Origin: Octopus sinensis
Lineage: Eukaryota
Length of the DNA: 64,000 bases
Assembly (NCBI RefSeq): GCF_006345805.1
Contig: NC_043011.1
Location: forward strand, 58,044,464-58,108,463
Direction: 5' to 3'
In this document: one piece after another, positions 40,166-53,065 of the stretch
Layout: every line of letters begins with the position of its first letter
Numbering within the stretch: the stretch's first letter is position 1
The notes under the pieces: generated by a model
Seen by the model: only the letters and a program-made list of their open reading frames with translations
Database searches by the model: none
What the model was told of the DNA's origin: nothing
Program-made: the position numbers and the translations under genes

Positions 40166-40739
40166 GGTATTAAAATTGTTGAACGTGTGTAGAAACTTCA
40201 GAGTAGTTTTAAGTGTTAATACATATAGGAAGAATAACAGATACACCAGTATCAATAAGAACGGAACTCATAAAAGAGAAGGAGAAGAAGAGAGCGAGTG
40301 AGCGAAAGAAAAAGAGAGAGAGAGAGAAAGCGAGTGATAGAGTGAATGAGGACAAAGAGTAAAGATGCAAAGAATGAAAGTGGGTAAAGAATGATATTTT
40401 GTTCTCGACAAATGTTTTCAAAGAATAGAAGTACATGTTTTAGTATCGGAACAAATTAACTCCAGTTCATTGGTTACCCGTTCTGCAGATCGGCGCTTGG
40501 TGAAGCCTGTAGCGTTGCCGATTCCCATACGGTCAAAGAGTAGTAATATACTAGTGTTTGCAAAACATAGATTAGCTTCTGTGACAAGTATCCTAAAAAT
40601 ATTCGCCCAAAATACACACGGAGACTTACGTACGTAGAGGAAGACGTAAAACATACTAACGCACAAGCACAAACACATACGCACACGTACAGCAATATGT
40701 GTGTATATATATACATATATATATATATGTGTGTGTGTG

Positions 40740-40778
<39 letters not shown>

Positions 40779-40929
40779 CAAAGCAAGATAGGGGTTATGG
40801 GTGTAACCCACTATATCCGTAAGTTCATAAACAAACTAAATTTGTTTCTCCATTTTCTTATTTGTATTATATATATGTGTGTGGTGTGTGTGTGTGTGTG
40901 TGTGTTGTGTATATATATATATATATATA

Positions 40930-41117
40930 TACAAATAAATGAAAGAATGGAGTTTAACGACGAATTAACAAAATTCCTTTATTCTCGACATATGTTTCGA
41001 AGGCTGCATATTCCTAATTTCGAAGGAATAAGGGGTGCATTATGCCGCCTTCTCATCAGGAAAAACAAGGAACTTATGTTAATTCGTCGTTCAACTCCAT
41101 TCTTTCATTTATTTGTA
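40930..41117. mobile_element. 188-bp rod-like element: about 50-bp inverted arms closing an intact HHR (family P5)
   Basis: Arms 40930-40979 and 41068-41117 are inverted with few mismatches. Confidence 0.75.
40982..41064 (-). ncRNA. Type I hammerhead ribozyme, canonical core, long stem II
   Basis: TTTTC-CTGATGA-GAAGGC..GCCTTC-GAAA-CATATG-TC|GAGAA; GUC triplet, palindromic stem III ACATATGT. Confidence 0.8.
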
Positions 41118-41504
41118 TTAAAAAAGCACGTGATCTCTGCCCTTGGCATGTAGCTTGAACCGTTTTTCTGACGTTAATTTCCTACCCAGGTATCGGTTAA
41201 CCGAATTATCCATACTAACATAATTCATTCAACTACTCTTATATATATATATATATATATTCATATACACACGCACGTAATTATATACATACACACCTGC
41301 GTTTTCCAATCAATAGAAATTGGACGTCTCCCGCGTAAACTAAACATATAGAGAATTAATTTTACAGACGCAAAACATTTTTACCGTTCAACACGAGCAA
41401 TTCGTACACAATGACCGTTGCCCGTTACCGCCAGCTGATACTAGACCAGTTGATTGCATCGTAGTAATGGACAGTTTACACGACCTCTATTATTATTATT
41501 ATTA

Positions 41505-42120
41505 TTATTATTATCTTTTTTTTTCTTCTTTCAAATTTGCTTCCATTTCTTGCCGAGTGTCTTCCCGACTCCTAGGGCAGAGAAACTCATAGTATACATT
41601 ATTTTATTATTATTATTATTATTATTATTATATTATATTATTATTATATATTATTATTATTATTATATATTATTATTATTATTTATTATTATTATTATTA
41701 TTATATTATTATATTATATTATTATTATTATCATTATTATTATATTATTATTATCATTATTATTATTATTTTATTATTATCATTATTATCATCATCCTCA
41801 TCATCATTATTATTTTCATTAGCATCTTTCAGTTCTGTTTCTATTTTTTGCCGAGTGTCTTCCTGACACCTAGGGTATAGAAAAGTATTGTATACATTGG
41901 TAGGCCATTAAAACAAGTACACCAGATTTTTCATTTACAGTCATAGAGAAAAGAAGACAGAGAGAAAAAGGAAAAATATATATAATAGAAAAGTAAACAA
42001 ATAAAATAAAGGTGGCGGACCAGTTAAGACAATCTTTTGCACTTCCTGCATGGATGGAAAGTTAAGGATCATGCTTAAATAATTTTCGTTTCCTTTCTTC
42101 ATCATTCCAACTGCTCCAAA
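41505..42120 (-). mobile_element. R4/Dong-like 3' ends (family E): coding end at ~41990-42120 and two stacked 3' UTRs at ~41820-41890 and ~41505-41600, each with an (AAT)n tail
   Basis: FGAVGMMKKGNENYLSMILNFPSMQEVQKIVLTG; duplicated ttgccgagtgtcttcc..cctaggg..gtatacatt. Confidence 0.65.
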
Positions 42121-42121
42121 A

Positions 42122-42200
42122 ATCAGGTGCATTTGGGGGAAATTTCGAACTTAGGTTCTCATTTCTAAGGTATTTTTCGATGTTGTCGTTGTTGTTGTTG

Positions 42201-42264
<64 letters not shown>

Positions 42265-42415
42265 GTTGTTGTTGTTGTTGTTGTTGTTGTATTATTATTA
42301 TTATTATTATTATTATTGTTATTATTATTATTATTATTCAGGTCACATCCTGGAACGGACCTCGGAATCTTGGGGTCAGTAACCCGCGCTCTTGACCACT
42401 ACGCCATATGCCCGT
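42122..42415 (-). mobile_element. Second family H element: tRNA head, (AAT/AAC)n linker, tail ending inside the HHR core
   Basis: Head matches 28795-28873; tail caacatcgaaaaatacctta..gttcgaaatttcccc..cacctgat matches 29413-29475. Confidence 0.75.
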
Positions 42416-43009
42416 AGAACTGTATTATCCTTCATCTCAGTTGTTCACGTTTCGGAATTCTGGTGGAATAAAACGAAATAACAATTGATTCTGATAGGGC
42501 CCTACGGTTGAGATGTTTGTGGACCCTACACCCATATCCCGTCTAGGAATATATGGGCACAGAAGATGATTGGATGGCGTGGCGTAAGTCTCGAAATATA
42601 CGCTCATAACTGCAGACAAAATAGCAGAGAAAAAAAAATGGTTGATTTATAATGAAATATAAAAACGCAAGATAGCTAAATACATTAGAAATTATATGCT
42701 TTATCTCCGGATGCAATATCGAAGATAACAATATAATACAGACGATTAGCTATGAATATAATAGTATGTTATTGGAAACTGTCAAACTGAATATATAATG
42801 CGTGAAAGCTTGCTTAGAACCGTCACTACTACTACCATCATTATCTGAGAAATACGCATGCGCACAAATATAGTCACAAATATAAAAACCTACATAAAGA
42901 AATAAACAACAACGATATCTGAATGTCTATAATGATCACTAATAATGTTCCTGAAAATGTTTCAGGCAAGCTATTACGAAATTATGGTTGTATGTACGTA
43001 TATGTGTAA

Positions 43010-43280
43010 TGAAGGTGCCTGCGTTACCGGTTAGAGTACGCGGATGACAATCATAAGACCCTGAGTTCGATTCCTGGCGACGCGCTGAGTTGTTGTGCCA
43101 CACATTTTATTTCACGTTGCTCCAGTTCTGTCGGCTGGCAAAAATGAGTTTTAATTATATTTCAAAGGGGCCAACTCAGTCGCATCCTGTGTCAGGCTGA
43201 AACACACTGAGAACTATGTTCAGAGTATGCATGCATGTGGAGTACTCAGCCACCTGCGCGTTAATTTCACGAGTAGTATG
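43010..43280 (+). mobile_element. Diverged tRNA-derived SINE
   Basis: ggttagagtacgcgg..gagttcgattcctgg..attttatttcacgttgctccagt..ggagtactcagccacctgcgcgttaatttcacgag. Confidence 0.55.
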
Positions 43281-43519
43281 TTCATTGTCCTTACTGATAA
43301 TGGTTTTAAAAACTGGTGCTCATCATTCACTTCGCAGTAAGGCTAAATTTCGGGCACGCAAAATGAATGCTGGTTCACAAGTGGTAGTGTAGGACAGAAA
43401 AATAACCCCAAGCACCATACCCATACACAAACTATAAACACTTTTTCATATATATTATATAGACATATATTTATATATATAGATGTGTGTGTGTGTGTGT
43501 GTGTATAGCTTAGTCTTAA

Positions 43520-43710
43520 TATCACCTTGATCATCTTGACCGACCAGTCCGTCGGGCGTCCATTTGACACCACTGGTCACAGCACGCTATCCACTCCATT
43601 CTGGATCGCGCCTTTCTCATCCAAGTGATCCCAATCGTCCTCCTGAAATCGTAACTCCACCGTCGTGGAGACCTTCCCGGTGGTCGTTTTCGCTCGCGCG
43701 AAAACAGCAC
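43520..43710 (-). mobile_element. RTE-clade LINE 3' end
   Basis: KRPPGRSPRRWSYDF..GITWMRKARSRMEW, typical RTE C-terminus. Confidence 0.7.
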
Positions 43711-43839
43711 AAAGAAAATAGAGAAAAGTTTTAATATAATTTGTTTAATTGTTTCTCCTAACATCTGTGTGGTCGTGTTTACAACAACAACAGCTACAAC
43801 ACGTTCAGCAACTCTAACTAATAACTATTGGATACAAAC

Positions 43840-44248
43840 TAGGCGCAGGTAAGTAGCTTGCTTACCAACCACATGGTTCCGGGTTCAGTCCCACTGCGTG
43901 GCATCTTGGGCAAGTGTTTTCTGCTATAGCCTCGGGCAGACCAATGCCTTGTGAGTGGATTTGGTAGACGGAAACTGAAAGAAGCCTGTCGTATATATGT
44001 ATATATATAAGTATGTGTGTGTATATGTTTGTGTGTCTGTGTTTGTCCCCCCACCATCGCTTGACAACCGATGCTGGTGTGTTTACGTCCCCGTCACTTA
44101 GCGGTTCGGCAAAAAGAGACCGATAGAATAAGTACTGGGCTTACAAAGAATAAGTCCCGGGGTCGATTTGCTCGACTAAAGGTGGTGCTCCAGCATGGCC
44201 GCACTCAAATGACTGTAACAAGTAAAAGAGTAAAAAAGTAAAGAGTAA
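43840..44248 (+). mobile_element. tRNA-derived SINE family A with a small deletion in the head
   Basis: Aligns with 33396-33815. Confidence 0.9.
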
Positions 44249-44563
44249 ACTGGTTAAAAGTTGCTGAAGAAGAAACAGAACGCATTCGCAGCAGAGGAAA
44301 CGAAATTAGTAATTATAGACAAGTGACACTTCACATCTATCTATCACAAACAAGAAAATTGCTTCACCCTACCAGCAAAAATGAAAACATTAAGGCATTA
44401 AATAAAAGGGATATATTTCTCATCTTCTCATAAATATTTCTGTCAATAAAACGGTGAAGTAATAACTTGTCATTGTGACAGACCAAAATTTGTCTTCGTG
44501 ACCTTCGTCGTCATGTTTATTATATAGGTGTATCCATTTAGGCATTCCTAGATACATACATAT

Positions 44564-47400
44564 AGCAGTGGTGTCCCACAAGGCACTGTGTTGGGCCCAC
44601 TTCTCTTCATCATCTACATAAATGATATTACTGACACCATCAAACACAGTAACATCAGAACCTTCGCTGATGATTCCAAGCTCCAGAAGGTCATCAATGG
44701 CGTGGATGACCGAATAAACCGGTTAATATAGGGCGTAACAAATATCAGAAAATCAAAAAAAAAATGTGTGTAATAGGTGTAAAACAACTTCCTATGAACG
44801 AATATGAAAAAAAAAATTCGCGCACGCGAAAGGGGGTGGGGGAGAGGCCTCGGAAAATTCACATCGGGAAGTTCCGAAAGCGTCTGAGGGGCTGAGCCGG
44901 GCACCAAAACAAAAAAAATAGTGTAATATGTGTAAACCAACTTGCTCTAAACGAATATGAAAAAAAAAATGCGCTCTCGAGAAAGAGGGGTGGGGAGAGC
45001 CTCGGAATATTTATATCGGGAATTCCGAAAGCGTCTGAACCGGGCACAAAAACAAAAACAAAAACAGCGTAATAGGTGTAAAACAACTTGCTCTAAACGA
45101 CTATCATGAAAAAAATGCGCGCTCGCGAAAGGGGGGGGGTGGGGGAGAGGCTTCGGAAATTTCACATCTTCAGTCCACGGCCTTTAAACTAAGAAAAAAT
45201 AGTGTATTGGTGTAAAACTACTTGTTCTAAACGAGTATCAAGAACACACACTCACACATGAATCATAAACTCCGTATTTCGCAAAAAAAAAAAAATAAAG
45301 AGAAGAAATTCTGGAAAAAGTGAAGAAATGTTGGATCTCATTCCTTGGTTAAAAGTATTTTAAACATTAATTTATGCTTTTCTTTGAAATAGTTCAGATA
45401 TATGCAATTCTTCTCACTTATTAAGATGCATTTATCAGAAAAAAAGAGACAGAAAAAATTATTATTTTGTGTCAATCCTTCCCTAATTATCCTTTATTAA
45501 TTAGTTTTGGCGTGTATTTTTTTCCCAAATTTATTTTTTCACCTTTACAACACTGTTTAGTAAGCAATTAAGTATCTTTATAATTTGCATATTTGACTTA
45601 TTAATCAAAATTCTCTAGATGTAATATATACTAAGTAATGCATCCTTCATTTATGTGTTCCGTTCTGTATTATGCATGCGGACTGTTGTATGTAAGTGTG
45701 TTTAACTGTGCACATGAATGTGAATATTAAAGAACATATTATTACTATGATTGTTATTTTCAGAACAAATAAATCTTTTGGCTGTTATGTTATTGATGTT
45801 ATTATTATTGCTAGTTAAAGGGTGGTGACTTGGCTGAATATTTTGAGTCTTGTAGTATGTAGTTGTGTTAGTCAATATTCTGAGTTCAAATCCAACTCAT
45901 TTCTTTATCATCATTATCGATGGACCACTCAAAGAGGTATGTATACATTATCATTTTCGTAACATAATTTCTGTATTTCAAGATGTTTCTGACACGTATT
46001 TTGATTCACATGGCGGAGATCCAACATTTCTTCACTTTTTCCAGAATTTCTTCTCTTTATTTTTTTTTTTTTTGCGAAATACGGAGTTTATGATTCATGT
46101 GTGAGTGTGTGTTCTTGATACTCGTTTAGAACAAGTAGTTTTACACCAATTACACTATTTTTTCTTAGTTTAAAGGCCGTGGACTGAAGATGTGAAATTT
46201 CCGAAGCCTCTCCCCCACCCCCTTTCGCGAGCGCGCATTTTTTTCATGATAGTCGTTTAGAGCAAGTTGTTTTACACCTATTACGCTGTTTTTGTTTTTG
46301 TTTTTGTGCCCGGTTCAGACGCTTTCGGAAATTCCCGATATAAATTTTCCGAGGCCTCTCCCCCACCCCCCTTTCGCGTGCGCGAATTTTTTTTTTCATA
46401 TTCGTTCATAGGAAGTTGTTTTACACCTATTACACACATTTTTGTTTTGATTTTCTGATATTTGTTACGCCCTATATTAACCAATAAACCTTCAGTCGGA
46501 CCTACTGGCTGTTGTCCAATGGGCGGAAAAGAATAACATGTTGCTAAATGAAGACAAATTCGAACTGATCCACTTTGGAAGGGAGGACGCTCTGAAACTC
46601 CCATCTCTCTTCCTTCTGGAGAAATTCTCATGGCATCCAACAACATCAGAGACCTGGGAGTAACAGTGGACAAGAACATAAGCTGGGCTACACATATAAG
46701 CAGCAAAGTTGACATGGCCCGCAGAATGTGTTCCTGGATTCTCAGAACCTTCCAGTCGAGAGATTCCCACGCTATTATCCTTCTCTTCTCCACTTTTGCC
46801 CGACCCCACCTTGAATACTGCTGTCCACTGTGGTCTCCGTACACAAAACAAAGTATTATGAGAATTGAAGCTCCCCAAAGGTCAATCACAAAAAAGATAG
46901 ATGAAATGTCAGACCTTGACTACTGGGGTAGACTAGAGAAGCTGAAATTGTATTCACTCCAACGACGCCGTGAACGCTACATTATCTGTATAATGTGGAA
47001 AATATTCCATCAGCACTGTCCGAATGATGTTGGCATCACCTTCAAAATGCATCCAAGGCTTGGACCACGTGCCATCCGTCCACAACAAAAATCTAAATCG
47101 CATCACATAACGACAATACGGCACAACTATTTCACCTCAATTGGACCCGCTCTCTTCAACATTACACCAGGACACGTCAAAAAAGAAACTGACCACACAA
47201 AATTCAAGAAGATGTTGGACAAATTCCTTCAAACAGTACCGGACAAACCACCCACACCCGGATATGTCTCCGCAAACAATAACTCTCTGCTCGAATGGGC
47301 CTTGGTGCCCAAATCCTGAACTGAAAGACTTCGCCAGGTGGTGCTATTAAGTTAGACATGGCCTGGGCCAATACTGGCCAAAAACCTTTCTAAATATTCT
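44564..47400 (+). mobile_element. 5'-truncated CR1-group LINE (RT domain plus C-terminus) split by a DNA transposon
   Basis: SGVPQGTVLGPLLFIIYIND..FADD (44663-44674)..DDRIN|LQSDL..DLGVTVD..RPHLEYCCPLWSP..SLQRRRER; one frameshift near 46610; ORF 46630-47319. Confidence 0.9.
44721..46482. mobile_element. Non-autonomous foldback-type DNA transposon (Merlin- or MULE-like), 1762 bp
   Basis: 8-bp TSD AATAAACC (44713-44720, 46483-46490); TIRs 44721-45339 and 46016-46482 starting GGTTAATATAGGGCGTAAC; 135-153-bp subrepeats; AT-rich ORF-less core. Confidence 0.85.
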
Positions 47401-47509
47401 AAGTTATATATATATATATATATGTATGTATTATATATGTATGTATGTATATATATATATATATGTATGTATATATATATGTATGTATGTATATATTATA
47501 TGTATATAT

Positions 47510-47564
<55 letters not shown>

Positions 47565-47761
47565 GCAAGATTATATAATATATATATATATACATATATA
47601 TATATACATATATATATATTCATATATATTATATATATATCTATACATATACATATAATATATTTGTATATAAATGTATATATGTATATATATGTATATA
47701 TGCATATATATGTATATAAATATATATATATGTGTGTGTGTGTGTGTGTTTTCTTTATTTC

Positions 47762-48100
47762 TTTTATTTGTTTCAGTCATTTGGCTGAAGCTAATCGACT
47801 CCAGGGCTTATTCTTTGTAAGCCTTGTACTTATTGTATCGGTCTCTTTTTGCCGAACCGTTACGGTACAGGGACGTAAACTCACCAACATCGGTTGTCAA
47901 GCGATGATGGATGGACAAACACAGACACACAGACACACATACATAAATGTATATATACGACGAGCTCCTTTCAGTTTCCGTCTACCAGCGTTTGTTCTGC
48001 CCGAGGCCATAGCAGAACACACTTGCCCCAAGTTACCACGCAGTGGGACTGAACCTGGAACCATGTAATTGGGAAGCAAGCCTCTTACCACATAGCCACT
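47762..48100 (-). mobile_element. SINE family A with internal deletions
   Basis: cagtgggactgaacctggaaccatg..ccacatagccactc. Confidence 0.8.
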
Positions 48101-48157
48101 CATATATATATATATATATATATATATAAACATATATATATATATTATATATATATA

Positions 48158-48195
<38 letters not shown>

Positions 48196-48207
48196 TACAT
48201 ATAAATA

Positions 48208-48254
<47 letters not shown>

Positions 48255-48464
48255 GTCAATTTATATATATATATGTATGATTGTATGTATATATAATTTA
48301 TGATTTAGCTTCACTGGGAGTAGATTATTTATAGAGTCCATTAAGGAAAAAAACTTGATCAGAAAATGAAGATAACAACCTCCATTTAAATCCCTCATCC
48401 TACGCACGTGCTCGCATAACATAAGCACACACGCACGTGCCTGTGTGGGTGAGTGTGCATATAG

Positions 48465-48620
48465 GGGCGCATGGCTCAGCAGTTAGGCTGCTTCACTCAT
48501 GATTTTAAGATCGCGTTTTCGATTCAGGGACTGGGTAATGCATCTGTTCTACTGCAAACCCCTTTTTTTTTTCATTGGCTCCAGTCTACTCAACCGGCGA
48601 AGTTGAGGAATTCTGCGACG
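48465..48620 (+). mobile_element. Diverged tRNA-derived SINE head
   Basis: ggggcgcatggctcagcagttagg..tttcgattcaggg..ggctccagtctactca. Confidence 0.45.
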
Positions 48621-48808
48621 GACAGAATATTCCTCGTTCATCTTGGGGAATATCTATGGCACAGAATCGAGGAAACTGGCCTTATGAGCCAATGGCTGTT
48701 TTGATCATTTTCCGACACACAGACACACACACATAGTCACATATTCACACACACATACACACACACATTCCTAAAAATACAAAAATTATTTTATGATATC
48801 GATCGGAT

Positions 48809-49038
48809 TACTCTCTTTTACTCTTTTACTTGTTTCAGTCATTTGACTGCGGCCATGCTGGAGCACCGCCTTTAGTCGAGCAAATCGACCCCGGGACTTA
48901 TTCTTTGTAAGCCCAGTACTTATTCTATCGGTCTCTTTTGCCGAACCGCTAAGTGACGGGGACGTAAACGCACTAGCATCGGTTGTCGAGCAATGCTAGG
49001 GGGACAAACACAGACACACAAACATATACACACACACT

Positions 49039-49082
<44 letters not shown>

Positions 49083-49249
49083 TACGACGGGCTTCTTTCA
49101 GTTTCCGTCTACCAAATCCACTCACAAGACATTGGTCGGCCCGGGGCTATAGCAGAAGACACTTGCCCAAGATGCCACGCAGTGGGACTGAACCCGGAAC
49201 CATGTGGCTGGTTAGCAAGATACTTACCACACAGCCACTCCTGCGCCTA
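48809..49249 (-). mobile_element. Full-length SINE family A
   Basis: Reverse-complement match to 33396-33815. Confidence 0.9.
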
Positions 49250-49955
49250 TGGTATGGATATGCAATGAGCGGAAGACAATATTTCTCCTATTCTTACAGC
49301 TATATTTAACAATAAAATACACGTAACAAAGAGAGACACGAAGAAAATATTAAAGGAACTTGGTGCGCCGTCTCCTGAAAATCCGGTAGGAATGGACTTA
49401 CTTCACATGCATGAAATCTTAGAAGAGCGAAGCATTCAGTAGCCGTATAGTGATTATATACCATGCTTACAGCCAGACATTGATTCCAGTTTGAACACTG
49501 AGATTTCCTGAATTATTCCACATCAATTATTTCTTCATAAAAACAAGATTATCGAAAGAGGTACATGGTGCTTAAATTATGTACAGAAATTGCACGACAA
49601 GAAAAAAATATAGGTGCCGTATGAAACGGAAGGTATGCATTGAAATCATAAATCAAAATAGATCGCTGCAATTTCCATGTTAATGCCATTATGTGAAAAA
49701 AGACAGAATGCAAATAATTTGGAATTGGCCTACATCTATATGCAAATGCATGTAAAAGTCTACAGACACACACACACAAACACACACATGTAGGTATATA
49801 ACAACAGGTAAAATGGATCAATAAATCCAGGTAGATATCTAGAAAGCACTTAGGAATAAGTGAACTTGGTTAAATACATGAGACACCAATAAATGCAAAT
49901 AGAATTAACATCACCATTGTTGTGATTTTCTTTATTCTTGTTCCTGTTCATGTCG

Positions 49956-50005
<50 letters not shown>

Positions 50006-50036
50006 TAAAAATATTTGTGTGTGTGTACACACACAT

Positions 50037-50200
50037 GGGCGCAGGAGTGGCTGTGTGGCAAGTAGCTTGCTTACCAACCACATGGTTCCGGGTTCAGTCC
50101 CACTGCGTGGCATCTTGGCCAAGTGTCTTCTGCTATAGCCCCTGGCCAGCCAATGCCTTGTGAGTGGATTTGGTAGACGGAAACTGAAAGAAGCATGTCG
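50037..50200 (+). mobile_element. SINE family A, 5' half only
   Basis: gggcgcaggagtggctgtgtgg..gaaactgaaagaagc. Confidence 0.9.
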
Positions 50201-50287
50201 GATAGAAATATTTCTATGCCAATATGCTGATAACAAACTGTTAAATCGTCAATTTCAACATATTATTATACCCACTACACAAATACG

Positions 50288-50339
<52 letters not shown>

Positions 50340-51374
50340 TATATATATAAAGCCCCTTTATATTCACGGCCATGACTAAGGGCTGCAGTTAGTAGTTTAT
50401 AGTACTCCCTGCGTCCCTTTTACATAAGTTTAAATCACGGAGAAGCAATATTATAAGATAAAGCAAAATGGAAAGAAGAAATGGGGAAAGAAAATGCGGG
50501 TGTTTGCACAGAAAAACCTGTTCCAGTAAATAGTACTTAGAGATATTACAGGAGGGTTAGACAAAGATTTATCCGGAAGAATTCCGGGGGAAAAATTACG
50601 GTGTTGACGAAGGAATATTATTCGTTGGTTTATCGCATATGGTGGTTCCACTCTTTCTGCGTATTTTGTTCATTAAAGCAATTAAAATCCGGAAGTTGCC
50701 TACTGGGCAGGAATTTATCTCAAAGGCAGGATGTTGCCTTGAAGGAAGGTTTCCTGGATGCAGTACGTTGCCTTGGAAGACAGGGATTCGACTTGTTGTT
50801 CTTCTAACCCCCATTCATATATTTTTGTTTTTGTATTAGCGTATTGTTTGCAGTAACTAACTTCCACAATAATTAACGAGGTACAATAATTTTTCAGTAA
50901 TGAAATATTGTAATGAAGAATTGCCCATTAGAAAGCATTAGATGAAATCGAATAACGACAGAAAAACCGGAAATATTACTTCAGCTGGAATAAAATCGAG
51001 TTCAGCGTATTAAATTGTTTTATTTTTCGGTTGAATAAACAACACTGAGAATGATTAAAATATGACATACGTACAACATTGCTTTCAATCTGAAAATTAA
51101 AGTTGATTTAGATAAGTGTTCTAAAGACTCATTCCAAATATAAAAATGAAAACAAATAGAAATATTAAATCGTATATAATCTTATCTATTTAATAAGCAG
51201 GCTTTTATCCTGAGTGTTTATGACCACGTATATATACATACACACGCACAATCACACAGTCGGTCACAATCGCACACATATACAAGGCACACACACATAC
51301 ATTATGCGTATGTATACATATATAAATACATATACACACACACATGTGTACTATGTATTCATATATACGTAAAT

Positions 51375-51419
<45 letters not shown>

Positions 51420-51849
51420 TGCATATATATATTACACACGTATATTATGCATTCATATATTCGTGTGTGTATATATATATAAATATACATACAAATATAT
51501 ATTACACACACATACACACGCACATAGACACACGCATACACACACATTCAAATCTCCAAGAGAAATTCTTCAGAATATATTTTCCGTGTAGTAGTCTTTG
51601 GACAAGATAGACTTATAAAACTCCGCGTGTGTTTCCAAGATCAAACCCGTGATGGAAAGAATAAAGATGGTTGATTTTACCGTGAGATGCTGGAAAAAGC
51701 CACGATGAGTTTCCAGATGTCTTTTATCTTCTTGCTCTTATCCTAGACCCATTTCACCAACAAAGTATGCTAAACCCCGTTGAACGTCTTGTATCTTTAT
51801 ATAAATATTATCTTATATAAGCCGCAAAACCAGAAATCTCTTTAGGACT

Positions 51850-52258
51850 GGGAAAGGTCGAGAATATTGATCCCAGAGCTCTGTTGGTGATTAATTTATT
51901 GATCTCGAAAAGGATGAAAAGTAAAGTCGATTTCGCTGTCATTAGAACTCAGAATATAGAGAACCGAATTAAATGCTGTGATGCATTTTGTCCGGTGTGT
52001 TAACGAATGTGCAGTTTGCATACCTTGTAACAATAACAAATGACTACCATATTGTATATGATATTGGTTTCCAGTTTTGGCCCAAGACCAGCAATTGTGA
52101 CGTCATCGATGTCGGTGCTCTCTTGGTAATTGTTTTATCGACTCTCAAAGGATGAAAGTCGATCTCGACGGAATTTGAACTCAGAACGTAAAAAAATGGA
52201 CGGAATTTAGCTCAGAATTGTATTCGGCGTGCTAACGACACTAGCAACTCACCGCTGT
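51850..52258 (-). mobile_element. Two diverged CORE-type SINE copies
   Basis: aaggatgaaaagtaaagtcga..agaactcagaa and aaggatgaaagtcgatctcgacggaatttgaactcagaacg. Confidence 0.65.
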
Positions 52259-52287
52259 CGTACTGTTTATTATATTAATACGAAAGA

Positions 52288-53065
52288 AAGGCGGCGAGCT
52301 GGCAGAATCGTTAGCATGCCGTGCGAAGTGCTTAGCGGTATTTCGTCTGCCGTTACGTTCTGAGTTCAAATTCCACCGAGGTTGACTTTTCCTTTCATCC
52401 TTTCGGGGGGGGGGGTTAAATTAAGTACCAGTTACACACTGGAATCGATGTAATCGACTTTATCCCTTTGTCTGTCTTTGTTTGTCCTCTCTATGTTTAG
52501 CCCTTTGTGGGCAATAAAGAAATAAGAATCGTTAGCACGCCAGGCGAAGTGCTTAGCGGTATTTCGTCTGCCGTTGAATTCTGAGTTCAAATTCCGCCGA
52601 GGTCGACTTTGCTTTATATCCTTTCGGGGTCGATAATTTAAGTACAAGTTACGCACTGGGGTCGATATAATCGACTTAATCCGTTTGTCTGTCTTTGTTC
52701 GTCCCCTCTGTGTTTAGCCCCTTGTGGGTATTAAAGAAATAGGTATTTCGTCTGTCGCTACTTTCTGAGTTCAAAATACGCCGAGGTCGACTTTGCTTTT
52801 CATCCTTTCAGGGTCGATTAAATAAGTACCATTTATGCACTGAGGTCGATGAATTCGACTTAATCCATTTTTCTGTCCTGTGTTTAGCCCCTTGTGGGTA
52901 GTAAAATAAATAGGTATTTCGTCTATCTTTACGTTCTGAGTTCAAATTCCGTCGAGGTTGACTTTGCCTGTCATCCTTTCGAGGTCGATAAATCAGTTGC
53001 GTACTGTGGTCGATCTAATCAACTGGCCCCCTCCACCTAAATTTCGGGCAATGTTCCTAGAATAG
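52288..53065 (+). mobile_element. Four-unit head-to-tail array of CORE-type SINE (family B)
   Basis: Units start at ~52288, 52525, 52743 and 52915; units 3 and 4 begin at gtatttcgtct directly after aaatag. Confidence 0.85.

Noticed and set aside
44721-46482. hAT classification based on the 8-bp TSD
   Set aside because: hAT TIRs are short and usually start (C/T)AG; these start GG and are 467-619 bp with subrepeats
50460-50820. Possible Tc1-family transposase remnant
   Set aside because: Only scattered similarity across several frames; no DDE motif or TIR can be shown
52288-53065. CRISPR-like or satellite array
   Set aside because: Units are 150-240-bp SINE bodies without unique spacers; eukaryotic context
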